A DNA stretch of 63,068 nucleotides, the filler included, from Intoshia linei (lineage: Eukaryota; Animalia; Orthonectida): NCBI GenBank assembly GCA_001642005.1. It is 3 parts of 3 records of this genome, joined end to end, with 100 filler letters (N's around TTAATTAATTAA, not from the genome) between each part and the next. Parts side by side here need not be neighbours in the genome. Positions count along the whole stretch, not along the records: positions 1 to 31,870 come from LWCA01000333.1; 2 more parts are not named here. One strand, written 5' to 3'. This document shows positions 1 to 10,850 of this stretch, one piece after another. The notes under the pieces were generated by a model. That model searched no databases, had not been told where the DNA came from, and was given only the letters and a program-made list of their open reading frames with translations. Numbering within the stretch: the stretch's first letter is position 1; each line of letters begins with the position of its first letter. A program made the position numbers and the translations under genes.

Positions 1-399
1 AATGTCTAATGCGAATTAATAAGTGAGTTAATTTTTTTTTTAATTAATTGATTCGATTATATACATATAGCTATATGCGTTTTTTTGGCCACAACTGTAC
101 TTATATCATATATGTAGTTGTGATATTTCAATATAAACTGTTAACATTTTAAAAGTTAACCAGCGATTAGTGTTGAATAAGAATAATATATCATTCTCCA
201 GGTTCCATCTTACAATGCAGCTATATAAAATATATACTATTAATTATATGTATTTTCGTGATGTAATTCTTCTTTAAAAAAGTTTAAGAATTCAGAAATA
301 ATGAGGTCTGTTTTTCCATCTTTTTTCTTTTGATTAAGTATCATGATTGGTTATACGATAAATATCTTATTTATATTGTACAATGTACGTATATTTTAG

Positions 400-1940
400 A
401 GGTTTTGGGAAAATATATACATGTGATGGTTTACAAGAAAAAACGAAATATAAATTTAAAATCATGTTTAAACTAGGAGATATAGGTTCACCTTATAGCA
501 ATGAATTTATTTGTGAAACCACACGTAATTGTTTGCTATATTATATTTTTATTTAAATTTTAGAGTCACCTATGTCAGTCAGCGAACTTTGTAAAATTAT
601 ACAATATAAAAGTTTTGAATCAGTCAGTGAATATTTAGAAAAAAAGTAAATAATATCACCGATAATTATAAATATATTATTTTATACATTCCAATGTAAT
701 GTCATTTTACAGTGCAATTACTTATATAAAACCCTTAAGAAATAAATAAATTAGATATCAGATTATAAAAACGCAAATTAAATTCCATCCTTGCTAAAGA
801 TATATTTTGTTAGAATTTGTAATTTAATTATTTTTATGGTTCATTTTCTAAATTTTTATTATTAAAATTAAATTTTGTATAAAATTTAAGTATACTGTGT
901 ATCCATCTTTTTTTAAATGATAACAACTTTTAAAGGTACTTAGATCTAATCTAATACAGATGTAATTTTAATGTTGCTACTTTTAATAGTGACTTTTCTT
1001 GCAATACAGTAATTATTTTGTAAAATTCTAAGGTCCGCAAGTCTAAGGTTGTTAAATTGTTTTGATAAGGTTGTTAAAATTACATTTTTAACATGTAAAC
1101 GTATATTTTAATTACATTAAACGTAGCCATAAACTATTAAATATAAATGGTCATAATAAGAACGGATTATGTCCTTTACTGGCTGCAGTCAACGTCAACT
1201 CCACAGAGTAAGTTTATAAATAAATGAAACTTATATGTTTAGATGTATTCCAATTCTAATAGAATATGGTGTTGATGTAAATGCAATCAATACAGCTGGG
1301 AAATCAGCGTAAGGGTTAATGAAAATATTTTTAAAATTTAACAGGTTAATATTTGCTTCGATTTCCAATAAACTGGATTCTGCTAAGTGTCTGGTTCGCA
1401 ATAAGGTAAACATTAATTGTCAAGACATTTCAGGGTCTTCTGCACTACACTATGCTGTTGCGAATGGTCACTACGATTTGGTTTCCTTTCTATTAGACGA
1501 AAAAGCAGATCCAAACCTAATTGATTCAAATGGTTGGACACCATTATTAAAATTGGGTGAGACTTAAATTTGGGAAAATTTTACATTTTATCTATATTCA
1601 TAGCTACCCAAAAGGATAATCCAAGCATTGCAAAATTATTAATTGCCTATGGAGCCAACATAAACCACCAAGATAAAACTTTTAAAACCGCACTGATAAT
1701 AGCTATAAATTACAGCAGATGCAACTTGTTTAAATATTTGCTTTATAGCGGTGCAGAATATGAAAAAAAGGATCAGGTTTTAAAACGTAAAATTAATTTA
1801 AAAATTTAGTACGGTCAAACACCCATTCAACTTGCACAATCGAGTGACCAAAGAGTATTTTATTTATAAAAATTTATTTTACTTTTATTTAGAAAATTAC
1901 CAGCATTATGGAAAATTTTCTTAAAAAAAAACTTCAATAA
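400..1940 (+). CDS. FANK1: Fibronectin type III and ankyrin repeat domain protein (multi-exon; 5' start not resolved)
   Basis: Hand-spliced GT-AG exons give an FN3 tail (GFGKIYTCDGLQEKTKYKFKI...PYSNEFICETT) followed by ankyrin repeats (GLCPLLAA, AGKSALIFAS, SGSSALHYA, NGWTPLLKLA, KTALIIA, YGQTPIQLA). The order is colinear with FANK1. Stop TAA at 1938-1940. Confidence 0.85.
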
Positions 1941-1950
1941 ACATTTAATG

Positions 1951-2893
1951 TTATGTTTGACAAGCTTTGCTGGTAGGTTTAACTTTTTCAATAACATACG
2001 TCGTTTTATGCAGCCTCAAATTTCTTTGTTCAGTATACCGGGTAAGTTTTTTGCTTCGATGAATAGGAATAACTTTGTTTGGGTTTTTGTAAATATCAAT
2101 TTGCTTCATCAATTGATTGTGCACTTTTAAATCTTGCACATTTCTGTTCAAATTTCGCAATATACCCCACTTTTTGTAAAAACGAACCATAATTATTATC
2201 AAGAAAAAGAATAAAATTAAAATTGAACCAAATTGAAGATACTTGTTAGATTTTCGAAAACGGCGATTAATGAGATAATGTGGATCTCTTAAAAAATCTA
2301 AAAAAAATAAAAAATTGAATTATTTATTTACCCTGGGTGTTATTCATCGTAAAATTGTTTCAAGATAATCATAACAACTTATTAATACAGATATTGAAAT
2401 GAATGAGTCCATCCTCTACGCGCAGATATCAAATGTATAATTTAATTAATCAATACGAGTCAAAAATTATCATTTTCATACTTAAATTTAATTTAAATTG
2501 CATTTATCGACACCAAGTGCATGTCTACCGCTATAACCCAATTATAAATTTTTTTATTGATTTACATATTAGTTTATTACACTTCATTAATACATCTATA
2601 TAGTATTATTTTCAGACATTCGTCTTTTAAATGTTTTGTCCACTCTATCAATCTTCAAAAATTTTTAATTCATGTATAGTATTACCTATTTGTTCTATTT
2701 GTATTTCCATTTCTATGTTTTACGTATAATAGTGAAAAATATTATCTTACAAACCATATATTTTATCAATCTTTGATATGTAATATTGTACAGATTCTTG
2801 ATAGTATATTAAATCTAAATAAGCATTTTTAGAATTGAACACTGTTCGAGCCTTTAATAGTTCCTTAAATGTCAATTTTTTCAATATATCCTT
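1951..2893 (-). CDS. Hypothetical multi-exon protein or pseudogene; F-box-like motif at the 5' end
   Basis: Terminal ORF 1951-2202. An upstream exon reads KDILKKLTFKELLKARTV, which resembles an F-box. I could not build a complete frame or find a start codon. Confidence 0.3.
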
Positions 2894-3010
2894 CTAAATA
2901 AATAATTTATTACACAAATTCAACTTTGTATACATTTGTATATTGTAGTTTATCATTAACACGTAAATTAAGTCAAATTTAATTTATTTGGTTGCACACA
3001 AGATTCAATA

Positions 3011-3835
3011 CACACTGTACCAAATTGTTATGAAAATCATTAAAAGTTGTGTATTAGACTTTAAAAATGTTCAAAACTCATATTTTTTTTGTGATGAAAT
3101 GACTTTTAATTGATGCAATTTATAATGACAACTATATATTGTATTTAAGTTACCAATTTAAAGCAAAACGTAAATGGGATTATAAAGCGATCTAAGCGTG
3201 AACGAAAAAAATGAAATTACTGGTTTACTAGCAAAAGGAAATAGTACTCTTCAAATTTTTCGATGTCTAGACCGGGATCACCGGACTATTAAAAAATGGC
3301 TGGATACCACATCAAAGCAAAACGAAATATCCAAATGCAGTCGAAAAATAATAATGTCACCAAGATAATTATTTCAAATTAAAAAGATCGTGTCAATAAC
3401 ACCTATTTCCACAAGTTCCAGCATATTTTCGTCATGTAATAAATGTGTCTAAAACGAATCGATGTAAGATTTAAACTCTATTGCGTCTGTAAAAAAAGCC
3501 CTAATAAGATCTATTTTAAAACATGTCCACAAGGAAAAACGAATACAATCAATTTAAAAACAAATCTTCAAAGTTTTATATTTACTGATGAGCGCAAAGC
3601 AACATTAGATGGATGGACAAAAGGTTGGGTGTTGAATGACGTTAAAGTGCCACCAAAGTATAAAGTGCCCAGAGGAGTGAAAATGAATTCGAAGATGTAA
3701 TACATAATGTAATTATTGTACTTAATATTTTGGCATTTTTAAATTGTTACGTTTAGTTACACTAAATTCTTGAAAGAAAATTACCTTTTATGTTTAATTT
3801 GAAGAATGAAGATTTTTTTTAATATTCATGCAGAA
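3011..3835 (+). mobile_element. Truncated, degenerate Tc1 (DD37E/TRT-type) copy, same family as 37095-39268
   Basis: TA|CACACTGTACCAAATTGTTAT left TIR. Transposase remnant (FIFTDERKATLDGW..KGWVL, PRGVKMNSK, FMQ) aligns with the second copy and contains an intron at 3697-3756. Confidence 0.9.
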
Positions 3836-3948
3836 TAGTCTTAAAGGATTCATCTATTACGGAGGGTAATGCTAAAAGCCGCTGTGGGGTAACTATAAAA
3901 AACAAAATAATCATTTATTTTAGTATCGTAACATATTTCATTTTTTTG

Positions 3949-4017
3949 GATAAATGCTTAAAATCAAAAAAGGTGCGTGCAAAATCGGTTTTTCTAATAA
4001 AAAAAAGTGGACACCCT
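3949..4017. repeat. Right end of the AGGGTGTCCA-TIR MITE family (see 62507-62972)
   Basis: GATAAATGCTTA..TCAAAAAAGG..TGCAAAAT..TGGACACCCT is shared with 62901-62972. Confidence 0.6.
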
Positions 4018-4169
4018 CATATAGATATTTTAAAATGTAAATATAATTAAATTTTCGAAACTTCTTTCAAGTTTAAAAAATATAGTTGTAAAATAATTTT
4101 TATTCAAAAATTTTCTGGTACCCCAGATTAAAAGCCCATTAACTAACATGTGAAAATTTAATTGAAAGC

Positions 4170-5028
4170 ATTTAGCTAAGGGTTAAATAAATTACTTTCT
4201 TGTTTAAATCAAAATGCGCCATGTGGGCAAGGGTAATTTAAATTAATTTTCATGCTATAATAATGTAAATATTACTTGAGGAATCATTGTTAACTTTGCA
4301 GCCGAGATGTACTTAGAAAAAGTGCACCAATCAATGGGCTTTTCTAGACGTGGAAAAATTGGAGAATTTAAAATGTACGGATGAACAAATTGAGAATAAA
4401 TAAATTTATTAAAAACATGAGGCCTAATGAAATTATCTAAAACAGATAAATAATGAGCATATCTATAACCTTGATTGAAATCTAACTCATCAAATGTCAG
4501 CATTACGTCATTCATATCGTTTTGGGAAAGCAAATTAAACAAGTCTTGCTAAAAATACAAAATGTAAGAACAATGTAAATTATAATTACACACACGTAAC
4601 ACGACCACCCAAGACGTGAGTAATTAGATTTTTTCAAAAAAGAAATATCTATGATGGTACATTTAGAAACACATTCAAAGTGATAGACTTGTGCGCAAAC
4701 ACGACAGCATAATTCTTGAAAGGATATTTTTTTGCAAACCCTACAAACATGGTCAACCTAAAATACTGCAGAAAGTACAATAACATTTTACGCATTGATG
4801 ACATTTCCATTTAACATCAAAATTTCGCAGGAAAAAGATTGAAACGAGTTCGGATGTTTCGTATTGGTTGATTTTTTCGAGGCAGACAAAATGATATAAA
4901 TTATCACAGTAACCACATATAACAGCTTCCAAATTAGAAGATTTTCCACATTTGTGACACATGTCATTCTACGTCACATTAATTAATATATATAGCAACT
5001 TTACAATTAAAACCACACTAGATTGCAT
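4170..5028 (-). CDS. PHF24: PHF24/GINIP-like PHD finger protein with two PHD-like fingers (3' end uncertain)
   Basis: Spliced product has CHKC..CGYCDNLYHFVC..WKCHQC, then CRVC..CRVCAQVYHFEC..GWSCYVCQDLFNLLSQNDM..TF and IDWCTFS..IPQ. This matches the PHF24 pattern CRVCTRVFHDGC..GWSCHYCDNINLLL..IEWPDF..RPQ. Confidence 0.7.
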
Positions 5029-5203
5029 TAGAATTTAAATTTATATTTCAAATAGAAAAGAAAATTGATTATTTTCGAAATAAACTGGAACGTGAATTAG
5101 GTTAAAAGAAAGCAGCCACTTCATCGTAAGAAAATATAATTAATACAATCGTTGACATAACATTACAAATTCCAGCTAACTCTTATCTACAATTAAAATT
5201 ATA

Positions 5204-6254
5204 TCAATAGCGAGTAGTCTGATTTGTGTTATTCGACTGAATAAAATGAGGTGATAAGTTTCTTTTATTTAAATTCCCATGTTTGGTGAACGGGACAGGA
5301 GGTTTATTCCTATAGGGGTAACCAAACATGGAATTTCTCATCCCCATGCTTCCCATATTGCCCATAGGCGGATTCATTCCTAAATAGAGATTGAATTAAA
5401 ACAACAAATTAATTACGTGACATGTTTGGTCTATTAAAATTAAATCGTGTATTCACGGAATTAACTTTAGAATGGGGGTGAGGCATGGGAGGAAAATTCT
5501 CATTGTAATTCTGTCTCACGTTTCCTCCAAAATTAGAAGCAACCCTTTTTAAATGATAATGAGTTTCAGCCTTAGACATGCCTGTTTTGTTAACAAATTG
5601 GGGCACATCAAGATGGGAAAAACAGTTATTGGCGTCTAGGACCACTTCCTCATATCTACCAAATCCTCCACTGGAATCCCCATCATTTTCTTTCTGATGT
5701 AAATTTCTTTCGTTAACATCTCGCCTGTAGTTGGGACCCTAAAGTAAATTTAAAGACATGAGTATTATTCATACATTTCCACATATCTGTGCATACGTCG
5801 CATTATGACTGAGATTTGGTTGCTCTGAAAAAACCATACAAAATCTAAATAACAATCAAAACGTTACATAAAATCAAACTCTGAAATTTTAGTAACTCGA
5901 CCCTCTTTTCTACCAGTATAAAGAATAAGACAATTTTTAAAGAAGGCCGCATATCTAAACATATATGATAACATTTTTTTGCTGAAACCCTTTAATTAAT
6001 CTACAAATATCTCCAGCTTTGATAGCAATTCCCATCTCGTTCCACAGAGATATGTTGATAGATCCAGTTGCATCGGAAATGAGAGCTGTTGTAACTGTAT
6101 CATGTTCTTTGGTGGTGATTCTCGAATCTAGAAATAATCTAACGTGATCACACAAATGCCTACCAATTTGAAGAATAATGAAAATAACATTAATTGTTTT
6201 CATTCCTTCTCTTATATCTGATATGCACATATACTCATCTTCGTTTTTAGTCAT
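5204..6254 (-). CDS. NABP2: SOSS complex subunit B (hSSB1/2-like OB-fold ssDNA-binding protein)
   Basis: [75 protein letters not shown], followed by a low-complexity C-terminal tail. Confidence 0.9.
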
Positions 6255-6712
6255 TATACACTTGTTTTAAATTAATTTTAAATCTTAGATATCAAAGTTA
6301 AAAATAAAAAAATTCAAAATATAAATGACAATCCATGATTATAAATAAAAATTATAAACTAAACTTTATTAACTATGTATAGTTAGTTTAAACTTAAATT
6401 CATTAATTATCGACGTAAAGTAATCACTATAATTTTTGTTGACAAGTTAACTTTCTTTTGATTTCAAAGGTTGGATTTACATTTGTTAGTAAATATTATC
6501 TTTTGATTAGGTGCCTTGAAAAGTAAAGTTGATAGTAGCTACCTCTGCATTCTACAGCTCTATAGTGCTGAGAGATTAAATTTAATAGAAATTTTCTCTA
6601 TTACCATAAATGTCACCAATTTTCTTTACCGTGGATCGGTCTTTTCATATTGATTTTTTAGCGGACCATGAAAAGTAGTTACTAAGAAATGTTATCAGTA
6701 ATAGGTTATCAC

Positions 6713-7142
6713 TAGGGCAAGTTTTTAATTGTTCTAAAAAAAATTATTCTTATACAGTTTATGCTAGTGGATATAAATACAAATTTTGAACCTCAGAAAT
6801 CTACCCATTCCCGGTTAAAAAATAATTATTAATATATTATCAAACAATATTAATAAAATTTTTATGTATTTGACCAGTGCATCCTGAAATAAAAAAGGTT
6901 AAGAAGCGCTGGATTAATTAATGTGACCAGATTAAAGACGTATAAAAAGTTTGTAATTATATTCTATATAAATTTTATAAAGACATTATATACTTTTATG
7001 AAAAAACTGACTTTATAGCCTTTATAGCACTTATAAAATTTTAATTAGCCAATTAATAAGCATAATATTGATATTAAAATGATTTTAATTTTATGTTGTT
7101 GAACATATCAAAATTAGTATATATAGCATTTTACTTACCCTA
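6713..7142. mobile_element. hAT-type MITE (TAGGGCAAGT TIR), copy 1
   Basis: Perfect 8-bp TSD GTTATCAC (6705-6712 and 7143-7150). Internal sequence is shared with 56217-56797. Confidence 0.9.
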
Positions 7143-7225
7143 GTTATCACCATTACTGATTTTTTTTATTTTATTAGTACATTTAATTATACTGCCGTAC
7201 TAGATTGACTGTTGTTACGTACTAA

Positions 7226-8806
7226 CATGCCCGTGACGAGTCAGCAGTAGGTTAGGGCGGATCCAAGAGGCTAGTTAATGGGGTGCAATTTCAATATCAA
7301 GAAAATTTTTTTAGGGCGTCCTTTTAATTTCATTTAAAGGTTGATATATAATAGTTTCCAAATTTGTATTTTTTTGCAAAAATAAAAATAATGATCATCA
7401 CAAAAAAAAAATAAATTAATTTAATTCATTAAATAATCCTAAATCAATTAGGTCCAGTCTTCTTGGATGAAGTATTGCAAATTCATTAACCAAACTGTCA
7501 ATATAAAAATTATAGTCATAGTGGAAATTCATAAGGGTCAGTTCACATATACGATTACCAGTTATTGTTGATCTTAAAAAAGTTTTCAATATTCTCAAAA
7601 TGCTAATGGAACGTTCACGTTCACATGTGGTGATTTGCAATGTTGCCACAATAATTAAAAGTTGATAAATATTTGGAAACAAATTAGAATTTCAGCTTGC
7701 GATTAATTGTATGATATTGGTCTTTGAATCAAGTTCTTTTTTTTTCATCTAGTATATTCTGCTTTGAGATCTTCATCTAATGATATGCATGGTAAAAATA
7801 ATTCATATTTTTCTGTGAATTCTTTCGATTCTTTTGAAAAAATTTTTTTGGCTTAAAATTGTTTCTAAATAAATCTAAGTAATCGAACGTGACTATATCG
7901 AGATATTACTGTATAAAATTATCAATTATAGTTGTGTAATGCACATTGTGCATGTAACAAAAGGCCTCAAGTCACAGGATCAATTGTTCATGTAATGACA
8001 TATAATGTTATGCGCCAACTATATTGTTTTAATAAATTAAAAACTTTTTCAGTTATTTTACAAAACATTAATTAAATTTTTTTTAAATTGGAACTAGAGC
8101 AACCATTGTCAATTTGTCGATTAATCGATTAAAATTAATAAAAAACTTATGTATTAATTATTAATTACTTTAATCAATTATTATTAATTACGTTGACCAT
8201 CACCTTGAAAATTAGAATTTGTCTATTATACAAAAATATTTCAGAGTGGTTTCATTTGAAACACCTAAGGACTGTATCATTTGGCTTTCCAATAAATATT
8301 CATCTTCTAGATTCTTTGGACAATGTTGTTTTGCATAATTTCAAAGATTATTAAATATGGTTTAGATTCCATCCTTTCTTCTTATTTTTTCCAATTCTTC
8401 ATTTTCTGCTATATTGATATTGTCAATAACGTCATTAATTTGGTCTTCAATAAAATTGACATGTAATAATTTATATTTTTGTCATTTTTTCGAAGAGAAA
8501 CTTATTTATATTAGTATGGATTTATTATATTGTCTTAAAAAGTGGTCACTTTTGGGAGGTGGTTACCTATACGAACTGGTCACTTTTCGAGTGTTTACTG
8601 TACAGTCAAACATATTTAATCGTGTATTGCCTAAAAATTAAAAATAACAGTTGTAAATCGTATTGGTCATCATAATTTTGACATACATTTTAAATTTTGA
8701 GTTTCAAATACATTTTAATTTTGAAATTTTCTAACATAATCTAAATTAAAATATTATTCCCTTATAGATTGTAGGCCCGGGCCATATGACCCTCTCCACG
8801 GCCCTG
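7226..8806 (-). mobile_element. Composite defective hAT element with transposase C-terminal dimerisation remnant
   Basis: Perfect 8-bp TSD CGTACTAA (7218-7225 and 8807-8814). Termini match the MITE at 41541-41882. ORF 7416-7682 reads FPNIYQLL..TTCERERSISILR..KTFLRST..HPRRL. A Tigger-like end is nested at about 8540-8600. Confidence 0.85.
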
Positions 8807-10233
8807 CGTACTAACAGCATCTATCTCTGCCAAGGGTTGACTTTTTTAATTTTACAAAAAATAAATTAAATAAGAAAATATAACTTAAACATGCTACTGT
8901 CACTATTATCAATCCTTTAAAGTTGAGGCTCCCAAACTTGTTTGACCAATTTTTTTTTAAATTATATAATTAATATTTACATTTTTAATTTTACAATTTA
9001 TTAATAGTAAAATATAGCAAACAGACACTAACGCAGACATTCAATTGTATATAATTAAAGGATTGTTAATTAATATTAATAAATTTAACATAAAAAACAA
9101 TGACATATCATTTTTCAATTTTTTGAAAAGAATTATAACTTTTTGGACTTTGTAAAATACAATTGTTTTGAGTTACACTTGCCCTACTCATTACTTATGT
9201 ATAATAAGTTGTTTTTTAAATTTTTGTTATTCATATCTAACTTTGTAAATTTCAATACCTTAATTTTTACCGTCCACAATCATAATAAATATAATAAACA
9301 ATTACGCTTCAAGGCTTTTTTGATATACTTAATAGCTGGAGGGTATGCAGATATGATTTAAATTTTTTCATAGTACAATTGTAATTAGTGATGCGACGAC
9401 TTCTAAATGTTCAACGATTCTGATGTCAAACCCTAAAAGAATCGATGCTTTGCAATCGTCTAATCATTAATTTTTATACATGTTTTAAGATGTATGCATT
9501 CTGATCAAAAATGCCAAGTCATCAATGACACTAGGGTTGCCACTTTATCGATAAAGTAAAAATTTTCTAATTCTATAGATGATTTTCATATAAAGTAATT
9601 CAGCGTTTATTAAAAACTAGAAATATTCAAGCGGAAAACAGCTGAATATTATCAAAAAGAATAAAAATGGATTATTCTAAAAACTGAGATCCATCCAAAA
9701 CATTTCATGATTATTGATCTTCAGCAGTTCAGTTGACATGCAATTTAAATAATAATTGCACAGCAATCTATTGGAAACAAATACAATGATGATATTTTCG
9801 GCATTGTATGAAAACATGCATTATAAAAAATTATAAAACTTTAATTTTAAATGACAGAAACAGAAAAAACTCGATACAGGTAATTTTATTGTGAATTTAA
9901 TATTTTCAAGTGGAAAATAATGTTCGCTGATTATCATTGATGATTAATTTTAAAATTGTTGTTGTAAAAGTTCGTATCTATAAAATGACGCATTAAAATT
10001 TAAATTGATTCAAATTGAATTTCAGTAGGAATAATATTACATTTAATAATGTAACTATAATCGCAGTTATTGTGAAAATAAAATTAATGATTATTGCGCA
10101 TATGCGAATATCTAAGTTTCAATAATGCACTTGATGAACCAGAAATCAATCAATATACAATTGTGAATAAAAAAAATTATTGCACAACAAATAAATACAA
10201 CATTTGATAGTTTTTACTACATCATGTAGTACA

Positions 10234-10330
10234 TGAGTCAATGAGCATTATATGCATTAGGAAAGAATCTATTGCAGACTATATGCATTATTCTGACTAA
10301 TGATGACTCATCATTGATGAGTCAGAATAA
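10234..10330. promoter_or_regulatory. Cluster of AP-1-like TGA(C/G)TCA sites in a palindrome
   Basis: TGAGTCA at 10234, TGACTAA at 10294, TGACTCA at 10304 and TGAGTCA at 10318. TGACTCATCA-T-TGATGAGTCA is a perfect inverted repeat. Confidence 0.3.
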
Positions 10331-10850
10331 TTTTATGAGTGCGTATTAATTTTAGTTAACTCTTATTCTTAGTTTCGCTTGATCAATGTATAAAGATGTA
10401 TCGATGGGTACACTTTAACATTAATCTAATTCATTTAATTACACGTGATTAATTTATTGATTGTTTATTTGCGAATTGAATCGGAACCGATAGCGTATAT
10501 TATTCGAAACAATACATTTCATCCCAAACAATTCAACAAATTCTTGTTGGTAATAAAATTTATAAAAGCATTTGTTTTCTACAAAGCGCCTTGGAAAATA
10601 TAAACTTATTTTTAGGTCTGGTATTTCTAAAATAGAGCATAGAGTGCAGACAGTGCAGTAGGTAATTTGTCTAAGAGCTTAAGCTTGTATTGTAAGCACA
10701 ATTTGATTTATTCTGCGCTTTCATAACAGCCATACAATTGTCATTTTTCAATTATAAACTACGTAAGTTATTTACTAATTTAAATTTCTGTTGCAATATT
10801 TGTCTGATTTAACTTTTTATTTAGCCAAAATTTATGAATTTAAATAAGAA

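Noticed and set aside
4718-4730. ATATCCTTT on the minus strand resembling a U12 donor
   Set aside because: It lies within the PHF24 coding exon (KISFQ) and no intron is needed there.
9600-9810. Several in-frame TGA codons suggesting recoding or a selenoprotein
   Set aside because: No recognisable protein or SECIS element. TGA acts as a normal stop in SOSS-B and NCAM.
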